Origin: an uncultured Actinomycetes bacterium
Lineage (GTDB): Bacteria > Actinomycetota > Thermoleophilia > UBA2241
NCBI GenBank assembly: GCA_963755025.1
Contig: CAVWIH010000020.1
Location: forward strand, 32,001 to 96,000
DNA length: 64,000 nucleotides
Reading direction: 5' to 3'
In this document: positions 20,165-31,675 of the stretch, in pieces
Layout of the letters: each line of letters opens with the position of its first letter
How positions within the stretch are numbered: the first letter of the stretch is position 1
Notes under the pieces: generated by a model
The model's database searches: none
Told to the model about the DNA's origin: nothing
Seen by the model: only the letters and a program-made list of their open reading frames with translations
Made by a program: the position numbers and the translations under genes

Positions 20165-21940
20165 GTGGCCGACGCAGCCGGCGCCTCAGGCGCCGCGGCC
20201 GGCGCCGCCGACCCGGCCGACGGCCGGCTGATCGCCGGGCGCTACCGCGTGGTGCGCCGCCTGGGCGGCGGCGGCATGGCCGAGGTCTTCCTGGCGCGCG
20301 ACACCACTCTGGACCGCCTGGTGGCGGTCAAGGTCCTGCGCGAGCGCTTCGCCGACGACCAGGAGTTCGTGACGCGCTTTCACCGCGAGGCGCGCGCCGC
20401 CGCGGCCCTGAACCACCCCAACGTGGTCGCCATCCACGACCGCGGCGGCGCGGCGGGATCTTCGTACATCGTGATGGAGTACGTGGCGGGCGAGACGCTG
20501 AAGGAGCGCATCCGGCGCGAAGGCCGGCTTTCGCCGGCCGCGGCGCGCGCCGTCGAGTGCGACCTGCTGGCCGCCCTGCAGGCGGCCCACGACCGCGGCA
20601 TCGTGCACCGCGACGTGACCGCCCAGAACGTGCTGCTCGCCGACGACGGCCGCGTGAAGGTGGCCGACTTCGGCATCGCGCACTTCGGCTCGTCGGCGCT
20701 CACCTCGACGGGCGTCGTCATGGGCACCTCGCGCTACCTCTCGCCGGAGCAGGCCCGCGGCGAGCCCACCGACGAACGCTCCGACGTGTATTCGGCGGGC
20801 GTCGTGCTGTTCGAGATGCTGACCGGCCGCCTGCCCTTCGAGGGCGACAACGACCTGGCCATCGCCCTGCGCCACGCCAGCGAACCGGCTCCGGCGCCGA
20901 GCTCCCTCGAGCCCGGGTTGCCGCCGCAGCTCGACGCCGTCGTGGCTCGCACGCTGCGCAAAGACCCCGCTGAGCGTTTTCAGACGGCCCAGGAGCTCGC
21001 CGCCGCGCTGAACGCCCTCGATCTGAGCGGCGCCCTCGATGCACCCCTGCCGCCCGCGACCATGCCCGTGGCCGGCGCTACAGCTGCGACCCGGCCCGTC
21101 GCGGGCGCGGCGGGTGAGACCGCCGCGACGAGGATGGTCGCCTCCCCAGCCGTCACCCGCGTCGCTCCCGCCGCCGCGGGCGCGGCGGCCGAGACGGCGG
21201 TCACTCGCGTGGTCGCGCCCGACGGGCGCGCGCGCCGGGCTTCGCGCAGGCGACGCCGCCTGTGGGCGGCGGTCGGTGTCGTCGTCGTGATCGCGGCCGC
21301 GCTCGCGGGCTTCTTCGTCTACCGCGCCTGGGCCGCCCGCCCCGTCGCGATGCCCTACGTGGTGGGCATGACGCAGGCGCACGCGACCGGCTCCCTGCGT
21401 GCCAAAGGGTTTGCGGTGCACACCGCCGGCGGTTACTCGGACGCCTATGCGCCGGGCGTCGTCATGGCGCAGCGCCCCGTGCCGGGCTCGTCGCTCAAGA
21501 AGGGCCAGCGGATCCGCCTCGTCGTAAGCCGCGGCCTGCTGCACCCGGCGGTGGTGAGCGTCGTCGGCGAGACCTCGGCCGCCGCGGCCGCCGCCTTGAG
21601 CGCCCAGAGCTTCGTGCCCACGCAGCTGTCGCAGCACTCGACCAGCGTGCCCAAGGGCAAGGTCATCCGGCAGAGCCCGGTGGCGGGCACCGCGACCCTG
21701 CGCGGCAGCGCCGTGAGCTACTGGGTGAGCAGCGGCCCGCCCAAGGTCCCCGTGCCCTACGTGGTCGGCGTCTCCGAGGGCAACGCCACCGATGCGCTCA
21801 AGACGGCCGGCTTTGCCGTGCAGGTCAAGAACACCTTCGGCCTGGGCGCGTTCCCGGGCAACGTCACCAAGCAGGCCCCCGCCGCCGGCGCCCTGCTGGC
21901 GCGCGGCGCCAAAGTGACGATCTGGGTGGCCGTCTTTTAG
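20165..21940 (+). CDS. Hanks-type Ser/Thr kinase with TM helix and 3 PASTA domains (PknB/PrkC-like)
   Basis: LGGGGMAEV, VAVK, HRDVTAQN, DFG, GTSRYLSPEQ; TM helix; PASTA repeats (MPYVVG, VVSVVG, VPYVVG). Confidence 0.85.
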   Translation: MADAAGASGAAAGAADPADGRLIAGRYRVVRRLGGGGMAEVFLARDTTLDRLVAVKVLRERFADDQEFVTRFHREARAAAALNHPNVVAIHDRGGAAGSSYIVMEYVAGETLKERIRREGRLSPAAARAVECDLLAALQAAHDRGIVHRDVTAQNVLLADDGRVKVADFGIAHFGSSALTSTGVVMGTSRYLSPEQARGEPTDERSDVYSAGVVLFEMLTGRLPFEGDNDLAIALRHASEPAPAPSSLEPGLPPQLDAVVARTLRKDPAERFQTAQELAAALNALDLSGALDAPLPPATMPVAGATAATRPVAGAAGETAATRMVASPAVTRVAPAAAGAAAETAVTRVVAPDGRARRASRRRRRLWAAVGVVVVIAAALAGFFVYRAWAARPVAMPYVVGMTQAHATGSLRAKGFAVHTAGGYSDAYAPGVVMAQRPVPGSSLKKGQRIRLVVSRGLLHPAVVSVVGETSAAAAAALSAQSFVPTQLSQHSTSVPKGKVIRQSPVAGTATLRGSAVSYWVSSGPPKVPVPYVVGVSEGNATDALKTAGFAVQVKNTFGLGAFPGNVTKQAPAAGALLARGAKVTIWVAVF

Positions 21941-22349
21941 GCGAGTTCGTCCCCGCCCGCCATTCCCGCAGCTTGGAGTGTTGTGAGCGGAGCAGAGTCG
22001 GCAAGCCCCCGAAGCCACGCCCGCCGTGGTCGCGCATCCGGCGCAGTGGGTGCGCGGCGCAGCCGCGCACGACGCCCGCCGCCGTCCGGCGCCGCCCCGT
22101 CCCGCCCCGTCCCGCGCCGCGCGGCCCCAAGCCCGGCTCAGGCGGGAAGGTGAGGCGGGGGTGGCGGCGGAGGGGGCACTTCCGAGCGTGAGCCCTACCC
22201 CGCGGCGAGAGCCGCGGGGTGCCCCGCTTCTGGTTCGCGAGGCGTGTCCCCGAGCCGCCGCCCCCGCCGAGCCGCCCCGCCGCAGCCGGGCCGAAGGCCT
22301 CGGCTGCACGCGGTACGGCGGCTGAAGGAGCGGCGTGGAACGGAGAGCG

Positions 22350-22968
22350 TCAGTCGCTCTCGGCCAACAGCCCGTAGATGCGCTTGCGCGCCTCGGCGAG
22401 GATCTCGAGGGTCTTGTCGATCTGCTCCTGCGAGCCTGCCATGCCGATCTGCTTGACGGCCGCCAGGAGCTGCATCGTGGCGCCGCGCAGCTTGAAGCGC
22501 GAGCCCGCGGGGCCGGTCTCGGAGGTCGCCCAGGGCGAGCCCTGGCTGGTGATGGCCTCGGCTTCGACCTTGCCTTCGTCGGTCAGCGAGAACACACGCC
22601 GGCCGTCGACCTCTTCGCTTCTCACGAGGCCCTGGTCCTCGAGCAGCTGCAACGTGGGGTAGATGGAGCCCGGGCTGGGCTTCCACATACCGCCGCTGCG
22701 CGACTCGAGCTGCTGCATGACCTCGTAGCCGTGCATGGGCTGCTCGGCCAGGACGGCGAGGATGGCCGCCTTGACGTTGCCGCGACGGCGCGCGGCCGTG
22801 CGGGCCAAAGCCGTGCGGTCCGCAGTGACGGCCGTGGGGGCCGTGGCCGCGGTGCGGGCCTTCTCCTTCTCCTTCTTCGTGGAACCGGCGCTCGGACGAG
22901 TGGCCGTAGGACCAGCGCCCGGCGCCTTCGCTCGGGCCGAAGCCCGATCGGGGATCCTGGAATGACAT
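22350..22968 (-). CDS. PadR family transcriptional regulator with His/Gly-rich N-terminus (frameshift near 22790)
   Basis: RRGNVKAAILAVLAEQPMHGYEVM, WKPSPGSIYPTL; ATG with GGAGG RBS at 22968 is in a different frame. Confidence 0.8.
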
Positions 22969-23001
22969 GTGTGCCTCCGTTGTGTGTCGTTACCGCTGTT
23001 A

Positions 23002-23037
23002 CGCGATATATCGTGACACATCTTTTCACGATGTCAA
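23002..23037 (-). promoter_or_regulatory. Promoter with palindromic operator (probable PadR autoregulation)
   Basis: TTGACA at 23037-23032; perfect palindrome CGATATATCG at 23004-23013 over the -10 region. Confidence 0.6.
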
Positions 23038-23156
23038 GCAAAGCAAACCTGAGGGCGCCGCGGAGGGCGTCGGGGCGCGGCTGGACGAAGGTCGGAGGCG
23101 TGCGGCGCGCAGGGGCCGCGGGAGCGGCAGTCGGAAGAGGCGGCGGGCGCGGTGCG

Positions 23157-23921
23157 CTACCGTGCGACGACCGCCACCTCGCCCAGGTCTTTAACGACCA
23201 CGTCGGCGCCATGGTCTTTGAGCGCCTGGGCGTGGTCGGAACGATCGACGCCGATGACGAGCCCAAAGCCGCCGCGCCGGCCGGCTTCGACGCCGGCCTC
23301 GGCGTCTTCGACCACCACGGCCTGGGGCGGCGCGACGCCCAGGCGGCGCGCCGCCTCGACGAACACTGCCGGGTCGGGCTTGCCCGGCAGGCCGAGCTGC
23401 TCGGCCACGGTGCCGTCGACCTGCGCGGCGAAGAGGTCGGCGACCCCGGCCGCCGCGAGTATGGCGCTCGCGTTCTTGCTGGCCGAGATGATAGCCGTGC
23501 CGACTCCCGCCTTCTGCAGGGCGTGGATGAGGTCGACCGTGGTGGGAAACGGCTTGACGCCCTCGCGCTCGACGACGCGCACGAAGTAGTCGTTCTTGCG
23601 GTTGCCCAGCCCGCAGACTGTTTCGGCGTCGGGCGGGTCGGCGGGGCCGCCCCACGGCAGCGTGACGCCGCGCGAGGCCAGAAAGTCGCGCACGCCGTCG
23701 TAGCGCGCCTTGCCGTCGACGTACTGCAGGTAGTCGCTCTCGGGGTCGAAGGGCCGGAACGGCTCGCCGCTCGCCGCCGCGCGCTCCTCGAGGAAGGCGT
23801 CGAACAGCGCCTTCCAGGCGGCGGCGTGCACGGTGGCGGTCTGGGTGACGACGCCGTCCATGTCGAACACGACGGCGTCGTAGCGCGCCGCCTCGATGGT
23901 CACCTGGGACTGAGTGGACAG
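23157..23921 (-). CDS. Beta-phosphoglucomutase-family HAD hydrolase
   Basis: FDMDGVVT, SASKN, GKPDP, VEDAEAGV; start CTG 23921 (after AGGAGG) or GTG 23903. Confidence 0.85.
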   Translation of the reverse strand: MSTQSQVTIEAARYDAVVFDMDGVVTQTATVHAAAWKALFDAFLEERAAASGEPFRPFDPESDYLQYVDGKARYDGVRDFLASRGVTLPWGGPADPPDAETVCGLGNRKNDYFVRVVEREGVKPFPTTVDLIHALQKAGVGTAIISASKNASAILAAAGVADLFAAQVDGTVAEQLGLPGKPDPAVFVEAARRLGVAPPQAVVVEDAEAGVEAGRRGGFGLVIGVDRSDHAQALKDHGADVVVKDLGEVAVVAR

Positions 23922-24055
23922 AGCAGCCTCCTGAAGGGTCGTTGAGCCCGTAGTCTTGCCGGTTCGGGGCTCGGCGAAAACCAACGGCTTAAGCGGGCGT
24001 CACCCCGGTCCATCCTCTGGCAGAAGGTCCCTGACGACAAGGGAAGGGAGGCACC

Positions 24056-24544
24056 ATGGAAGCAGGCAGTCACCTCATGCAGGCGCCGCCACCGCCGCCG
24101 GCCGAGCGCCTGGCCGAACGGCTGGCCGAGAAGATCGGCTCGTCGGCGCGGGCCACGGCCGTGTTCGGCGAGGCCGTGGAGCGCGACGGCATCACCGTGA
24201 TCCCCGTCGCCAAAGCGCGCTGGGGCTTCGGCGGCGGCGACGGCGGGCAGGGCGGCGTCCGTCGCCCGGGTCGCGCCAGGCGCGGCGGCGACGGTCGGGC
24301 GGCCGAAGCCCAGGCGGCTCAGGAGCGCGGTGAGGGCGGTTCGTTCGAGGGCCGCGACGCGGCGGGATGGGGCGGCGGTGGTGGCGGCGGCGTGCAGATC
24401 GCGCCGGTGGGGTTCATCGAGGTGACCTCCGACGGCGCGCGCTTTCGGCGCATCGTCGACCAGAGCGCCGTCATCGCCCTGGGGGCGATGGCGCTGGTCG
24501 CCGCCGGCATGGTGTGGCGCATAGCGGCGCGCCTGGAGCGCTAG
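24056..24544 (+). CDS. GerW/YtfJ family protein
   Basis: VFGEAVERDGITVIPVA..GFGGG...GGGGGG..PVGFIEV; GGAGG RBS. Confidence 0.75.
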   Translation: MEAGSHLMQAPPPPPAERLAERLAEKIGSSARATAVFGEAVERDGITVIPVAKARWGFGGGDGGQGGVRRPGRARRGGDGRAAEAQAAQERGEGGSFEGRDAAGWGGGGGGGVQIAPVGFIEVTSDGARFRRIVDQSAVIALGAMALVAAGMVWRIAARLER

Positions 24545-24855
24545 CCGCCGCAGGCAACGGGCGCCGGGCACACAACTGCGGCGTCGATTGCCTCGTCGGG
24601 CCACAACACACTCGCCGGTGCCTGCATGTCCGTTCCGCTTTCGTCTAGCGTACGACGTACAGCCGCAGCCACAGGTGACCCTGCGAGCGGCGCGCATCGA
24701 TGTCGCGCCGCTCCATGCTAGAACTCGCGGGGGGCACTACGTCGCCCGTGGCGCGGGCGACGCCGCACGAGCGCGACGGGCGGACTGTCGTTGCGCATGG
24801 CGTGGGCGGGCGACGCGCTGCGCGGGGCGGCCCCGCTCGTCTTACAGGGCTCGGT

Positions 24856-25107
24856 CTACAGGGCTCGGTCGAGGAACCAGCGACGCCGGGTGCGGTCGAG
24901 GTAGAGGTCGAAGACCTGGCCGTCGGCGACGACGCGCAGGTAGCGGCGGTCGACGCGTGCGTCGTCGCTCCACCAGCCGGTGTCGATAGACCAGCGCTGC
25001 AGCACGCGCTCGACCCGGTAGCGGTGCTGGCGCCACACGAAGGCCCCGGGTGCGTGGGCCAGCGGGCGCCAGTCGACGGTGATGAGGGCGGGCAGATCTT
25101 GAGCCAT
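24856..25107 (-). CDS. 83-aa DUF6504-like protein resembling the ImuB C-terminal W-x5-WW module
   Basis: MAQDLPA...PGAFVWRQHRYRVERVLQRWSIDTGWW...RRYLRV...FDLYLD...WFL; has its own SOS promoter. Confidence 0.75.
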   Translation of the reverse strand: MAQDLPALITVDWRPLAHAPGAFVWRQHRYRVERVLQRWSIDTGWWSDDARVDRRYLRVVADGQVFDLYLDRTRRRWFLDRAL

Positions 25108-25158
25108 GCGGTGCTTCTCTCGCGACCTAAAGCCCGGCGCGCAGCCGGACGGGCACGC

Positions 25159-25187
25159 AGCGTAGAACGAACATACGTTCGTGTCAA
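25159..25187 (-). promoter_or_regulatory. Sigma-70 promoter with LexA (SOS) box in the spacer
   Basis: TTGACA-N17-TACGCT overlapping ACGAAC-GTAT-GTTCGT (25167-25182). Confidence 0.85.
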
Positions 25188-25192
25188 GAGGT

Positions 25193-25277
25193 CGCGTCGT
25201 TCGCGCATCGGGTCGTTCGCGCATCGCGTCGTTCGCGCACCGCGTCGTTCGCGCACCGCGTCGTGCGCGCACCGCGT
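25193..25277. repeat. Tandem 16-bp repeat, 5 copies
   Basis: CGCGTCGTTCGCGCA(T/C) units abutting the -35 of the SOS promoter. Confidence 0.85.
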
Positions 25278-25310
25278 GCGGAGGCCTCGGAGCAGGCCCG
25301 ACGCGCGGCG

Positions 25311-27248
25311 TCAGTCGACAGGCAGCGCGCTCTGGCCGGCCGGCGCGGGATCGCCGGCCGCGGGGCCGGCTGCGGTGGCCGTGCCCGCGCAGAGCGGCAG
25401 GCGCAGGACCAGCTCGGCGGCGGCGGCCCTGCGCAGCTCGGCGGGTCCTTCGGGGGTCGGCAGCTTGACCACGTTGACCGCTTCGCGGTGGTGGCGCAGC
25501 CAGCTCGACACCAGCAGGATCTCGTCGATGGTGTCGACGGGCAGCGGCGGCGCCGGAGGCGTCGCCGCGTACAAGGCCTCGATGAGCTCGAGGGCGGCCT
25601 CGAGTGAGAGGTCGCCGGGGCGCACCGACCGTTCGTCGATGACGCTGCCGCCGGCGACGCTGTAGATCGTCACGCGGCCGGCCTGGCGCGCCGGGTAGAC
25701 CAGCAGAGCCCAGGTGCGGCAGGCGTTGTGCAGCTTGCCGACTGTGCGCAGCGCCTGGTCGAGCGTCTCGCGCCACGACTGCAGGCGCGCGGCCTGCTCG
25801 AAGGCGAGCTCGGCGATGAGCGCGCTCTGGCGGCCCTCGAGCTCGCGATCGAGCTCGCGGCCGTTGCCGTTCAGCACCTGGCTGACCTTGGCGACGACCT
25901 CGTGGTACTCACCGTTCATGGCGCCCTGGCAGGGCGCCAGGCAGGCGCCGATGTCGAGCCGCAGGCAGGCGTGCTCGCCGTCGGTCTCGGCGCTGCGCAG
26001 GCGCACGCAGGTGCGCAGCGGGTAGACCGCGTTCAGCAGGTCGACCAGGCGGCGCGCAAAGCTCGCCCGGCGGAACGGGCCGGCGTAGAGGGCGCCGTCG
26101 TCGCGCCTGTTGGGCGTGGCGTAGAGGCGTGGGAACTGCTCGGTGGTGAGCTTGATGTAGTGGTAGCTCGCCACGCGCGTGCCGTGCTGGTTGTACGGCG
26201 GGCGGTGCTTGGCGATGAGCCGCGACTCGAGCAGCAGGGCGGCGAACTCAGAACCCGTCTCGAGCACGTCGAAGCGGTCGAGCAGCTCGAGCGCCTGACG
26301 GGCGCCGTAGGCCTGGCGCTGCAGAAAGTGGTCGCGCGCCCGGCGGCGCAGGTTCTCGGCCTTGCCGATGTAGAGCTCGTGGCCGCGGGCGTCGCGCATG
26401 ATGTAGACCCCGGGGCGCGTGGGCAGGCCCTCGGTGAGCACGATCTTGTGGTAGTTGCGCCGCGCTCCCGGCTCGCAGAGGCGCACGACCTCTTCGAGGG
26501 TGGTCACGCCCTGCTCCTGCACGCGGGCCAGCAGCAGCAGCAGGATCTCGGCCGTGGCGAGCGCGTCGTCGAGCGCCCGGTGGCTGGGCTTGACGGCCGT
26601 GTCGAAGCGCTCGGCGAGGGCCGCCAGCGAGCAGCGCTGCGGCGTGAGCAGGCGGCGCGCGAGGCGCAGCGTGTCGAGCGTGGGCCGCGGGAACGTGCGG
26701 CTCATGAGCATGCTCAGCTCGTAGTCGAGAAAGCCCAGGTCGAAGCGCGCGTTGTGGGCCACGAGCACGGAGTCGGCCGAGAACTCGAGGAACCGCGGCA
26801 GGACCTCTTCGATCGGCGGGCAGCCGACCAGCATGGCGGGGCTGATGCCGGTGATCTCGGTGATCTTGGCGGGGATCGGCTGGCGGGGGTCGACGAGCTG
26901 CGAGAAGGTCGCGACCTGCACGCCGCCCTCGACCCGCACGGCGCCGATCTCGGTGATCTTGGTGAAGCCCGGCGTGCCGCCCGTGGTCTCGAGGTCGACG
27001 ACCGTGAAGGCGACGCTCGCCAGATCGCGGCGTTGCGCGCGCCATTGCTCGAGACCCACGTGGAACGGCCCGTCCCACACGACGCGCTCATCGTCGCGCA
27101 CGATGTCGGAGACGAGCGTGCGCATGAGCTCGGGCGGGCAGTTGGCCACCGGGAACAGCCGGGGCCAGACCTCGCGGTAATCAAGCGGTTCGCCGGCCTG
27201 CTCGAGAAGAGCGACCAGCTCGTCGACGGTCGTGAAGGCTAATTGCAC
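25311..27248 (-). CDS. DEDDh (DnaQ-like) exonuclease fused to a UvrC/Cho-like GIY-YIG endonuclease
   Basis: VVDLETTG, HNARFD, HRALDD; PGVYIM..LYIGKAENLRRR; four-Cys cluster C..CLR...CLAPC; UVR-like FEQAARL. Confidence 0.85.
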   Translation of the reverse strand: MQLAFTTVDELVALLEQAGEPLDYREVWPRLFPVANCPPELMRTLVSDIVRDDERVVWDGPFHVGLEQWRAQRRDLASVAFTVVDLETTGGTPGFTKITEIGAVRVEGGVQVATFSQLVDPRQPIPAKITEITGISPAMLVGCPPIEEVLPRFLEFSADSVLVAHNARFDLGFLDYELSMLMSRTFPRPTLDTLRLARRLLTPQRCSLAALAERFDTAVKPSHRALDDALATAEILLLLLARVQEQGVTTLEEVVRLCEPGARRNYHKIVLTEGLPTRPGVYIMRDARGHELYIGKAENLRRRARDHFLQRQAYGARQALELLDRFDVLETGSEFAALLLESRLIAKHRPPYNQHGTRVASYHYIKLTTEQFPRLYATPNRRDDGALYAGPFRRASFARRLVDLLNAVYPLRTCVRLRSAETDGEHACLRLDIGACLAPCQGAMNGEYHEVVAKVSQVLNGNGRELDRELEGRQSALIAELAFEQAARLQSWRETLDQALRTVGKLHNACRTWALLVYPARQAGRVTIYSVAGGSVIDERSVRPGDLSLEAALELIEALYAATPPAPPLPVDTIDEILLVSSWLRHHREAVNVVKLPTPEGPAELRRAAAAELVLRLPLCAGTATAAGPAAGDPAPAGQSALPVD

Positions 27249-27579
27249 CGACCTATCGTAGCGCGTCTCGAGCGCAATACCAGCCGGCAACGTCCACCTC
27301 AGGGGGCCGCCATGGTGAGCCGCGCCGGGCGGGCGGCCCCTGTCCGTCCGTATCCCGGCCGTGCTTGACTTGGCTCGGGCGACGCCGCGCTTGCGGCGTC
27401 GCGCCGGAGTGCTTCGCGGCACATGTCACTAGGTTGGCAGGGGGTGGGCGGAGGGGCCGCGGGGCACGCGCCGCACTCGTTTGTGGCGCCGGCGGGGCGG
27501 GCAAGCAAGCGCTCGTGGCAAACGGCAACGGCAGCGGGTCGCGCGCCCCGGCGGCGCCCGCGCAGAAAGGGGCGTCCGC

Positions 27580-28434
27580 ATGGGCACGCAGCGCACGCTC
27601 GCCGGCCGCACCGTCATGGTCACGGGCGCGACCGACGGCATCGGCAAAGAGACGGCGCGCGAGCTCGCGCGCCGCGGCGCCCGGCTGCTGCTGCACGGCC
27701 GCGACCCGCGCCGCGCCGCCGCCGCCCGGCGCGACATCTGCGCGACCACCGGCAACGACGACGTGCAGGTGGTGCTCGCCGACTTCACCTCGCTCGCCCA
27801 GGTGCGGGCGCTCGCGGCTCAGGTGCGCGCGCTCACCGACAGGCTGCACGTGCTGGTCGACAACGCCGGCGTCTACCAGGAGCGCCGCCATCTCACCGAA
27901 GACGGCCTCGAGACCACCTTCCAGGTCAACTACCTGGCGCCGTTCCTGCTCACCAACCTGCTGCTCGAGCCGCTGCTCGCCGCGGCGCCGGCGCGCGTGG
28001 TCGTGGTGAGCTCGGCCGTGCACCAGCGCGCCCAGATCGACTTGAACGACCTGCAAGGCGCGCGGCGCTACGACGGCTACTCGGCCTACGGCCTCTCCAA
28101 GCTCGCCGACCTGCTGTTCACCTACGAGCTCGCCGAGCGCCTGAGCGGCACCGGCGTCACCGTCAACGCGCTGCACCCCGGCGCGGTGTCCACCAAGCTG
28201 CTGCACGCCGGCTTTCGCGCGTCGGGCGGCGCCACGCCCGCCCAAGGCGCCCGCACCGCCGTCTACCTGGCCGCCTCGCCCGACGTCGAGGGCGTCACGG
28301 GCGGCTACTTCATCGACGAGCGCCGCACCACCTCGTCGCCGGCCAGCTACAGTCGCGAACTGCGGGCCGCGTTCTGGAAGCTCAGCGAGCGCCTCACGCT
28401 CACCCGCGACGAGCCGGTGAGCGCCACTGGCTGA
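27580..28434 (+). CDS. Short-chain dehydrogenase/reductase (retinol dehydrogenase-like)
   Basis: TGATDGIG, DNAG, VSS, YGLSK, HPG. Confidence 0.85.
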   Translation: MGTQRTLAGRTVMVTGATDGIGKETARELARRGARLLLHGRDPRRAAAARRDICATTGNDDVQVVLADFTSLAQVRALAAQVRALTDRLHVLVDNAGVYQERRHLTEDGLETTFQVNYLAPFLLTNLLLEPLLAAAPARVVVVSSAVHQRAQIDLNDLQGARRYDGYSAYGLSKLADLLFTYELAERLSGTGVTVNALHPGAVSTKLLHAGFRASGGATPAQGARTAVYLAASPDVEGVTGGYFIDERRTTSSPASYSRELRAAFWKLSERLTLTRDEPVSATG

Positions 28435-28566
28435 GCCGTCGTTGCCGTCCTATACACTTCGGTAGCCGCCCGGCGCGCCGCCGGCCGTTAGGCTCGCGGC
28501 GGGCGCGGGTAGATGTGAACCGCGCCGGAGTTCCCGGCCGCATCGCCGTGCCGAAGGAGTCGTTTC

Positions 28567-28994
28567 GTGGACCGAGACAAGTTGCACCGTGAAGTGCTGC
28601 GCACGTTCGACAACGCCTGTATCAGTCGCAGCGCGCAGTACTCGAGCAGGGCCGGTTTCGTCCCGCTCTCCGACGTCTATTTCGAAGAGAAGTCCAACGA
28701 GCTCGTGGTGCGCTTCGAGCTGCCGGGACTGACGCGCGAGGACATCCAGCTCGAAGTCGAGCCCCGCAAGGTGGTCGTACACGGCCGCCGTACCTTCCTG
28801 GGCGGCGAGCACCGCGTCTACCAGCAGGTCGAAATGGACTACGGCGACTTCGAGCGCCAGATCCGCCTGGCGGTCGACGTCGACGTCGACACCACGCAGG
28901 CCACCTACGAAGCCGGCGTGCTCGAAGTGCGCCTGCCGCTGGTCGCTCACGATCCCCGCAAGCAGCGCATCGAGATCAAGATAGGCGGTGAGTC

Positions 28995-28998
<4 letters not shown>
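28567..28998 (+). CDS. Hsp20/alpha-crystallin small heat shock protein
   Basis: ELPGL, YGDFERQIRL, ATYEAGVLEVRLP; AAGGAG RBS. Confidence 0.85.
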
Positions 28999-31433
<2,435 letters not shown>

Positions 31434-31448
31434 CGCACGCAGGTGCGG

Positions 31449-31487
31449 CGGGGCGGCCGGCCCGAAAGGGCCGGCCGCCCCGTTTTT
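31449..31487 (+). terminator. Rho-independent terminator after lon
   Basis: CGGGGCGGCCGGCCC-GAAA-GGGCCGGCCGCCCCG followed by TTTTT. Confidence 0.9.
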
Positions 31488-31675
31488 GTCTGCGTCGCGC
31501 CCGCCCGCCTCGCGGCCGTTCTCGCCGCCCCGGGCGCTCGTCCTGCGTCACGCCCCGCGGTCCGGATGAGGCCCTGTTACGAATCGCGCCGAACGGTAAC
31601 CCTTGGGAGTATGGGGTCGCATGTAGGTTCCCCTGCAAAAACCGGCAATCCCCTCAGACATCTGGAGGTGTCTAG

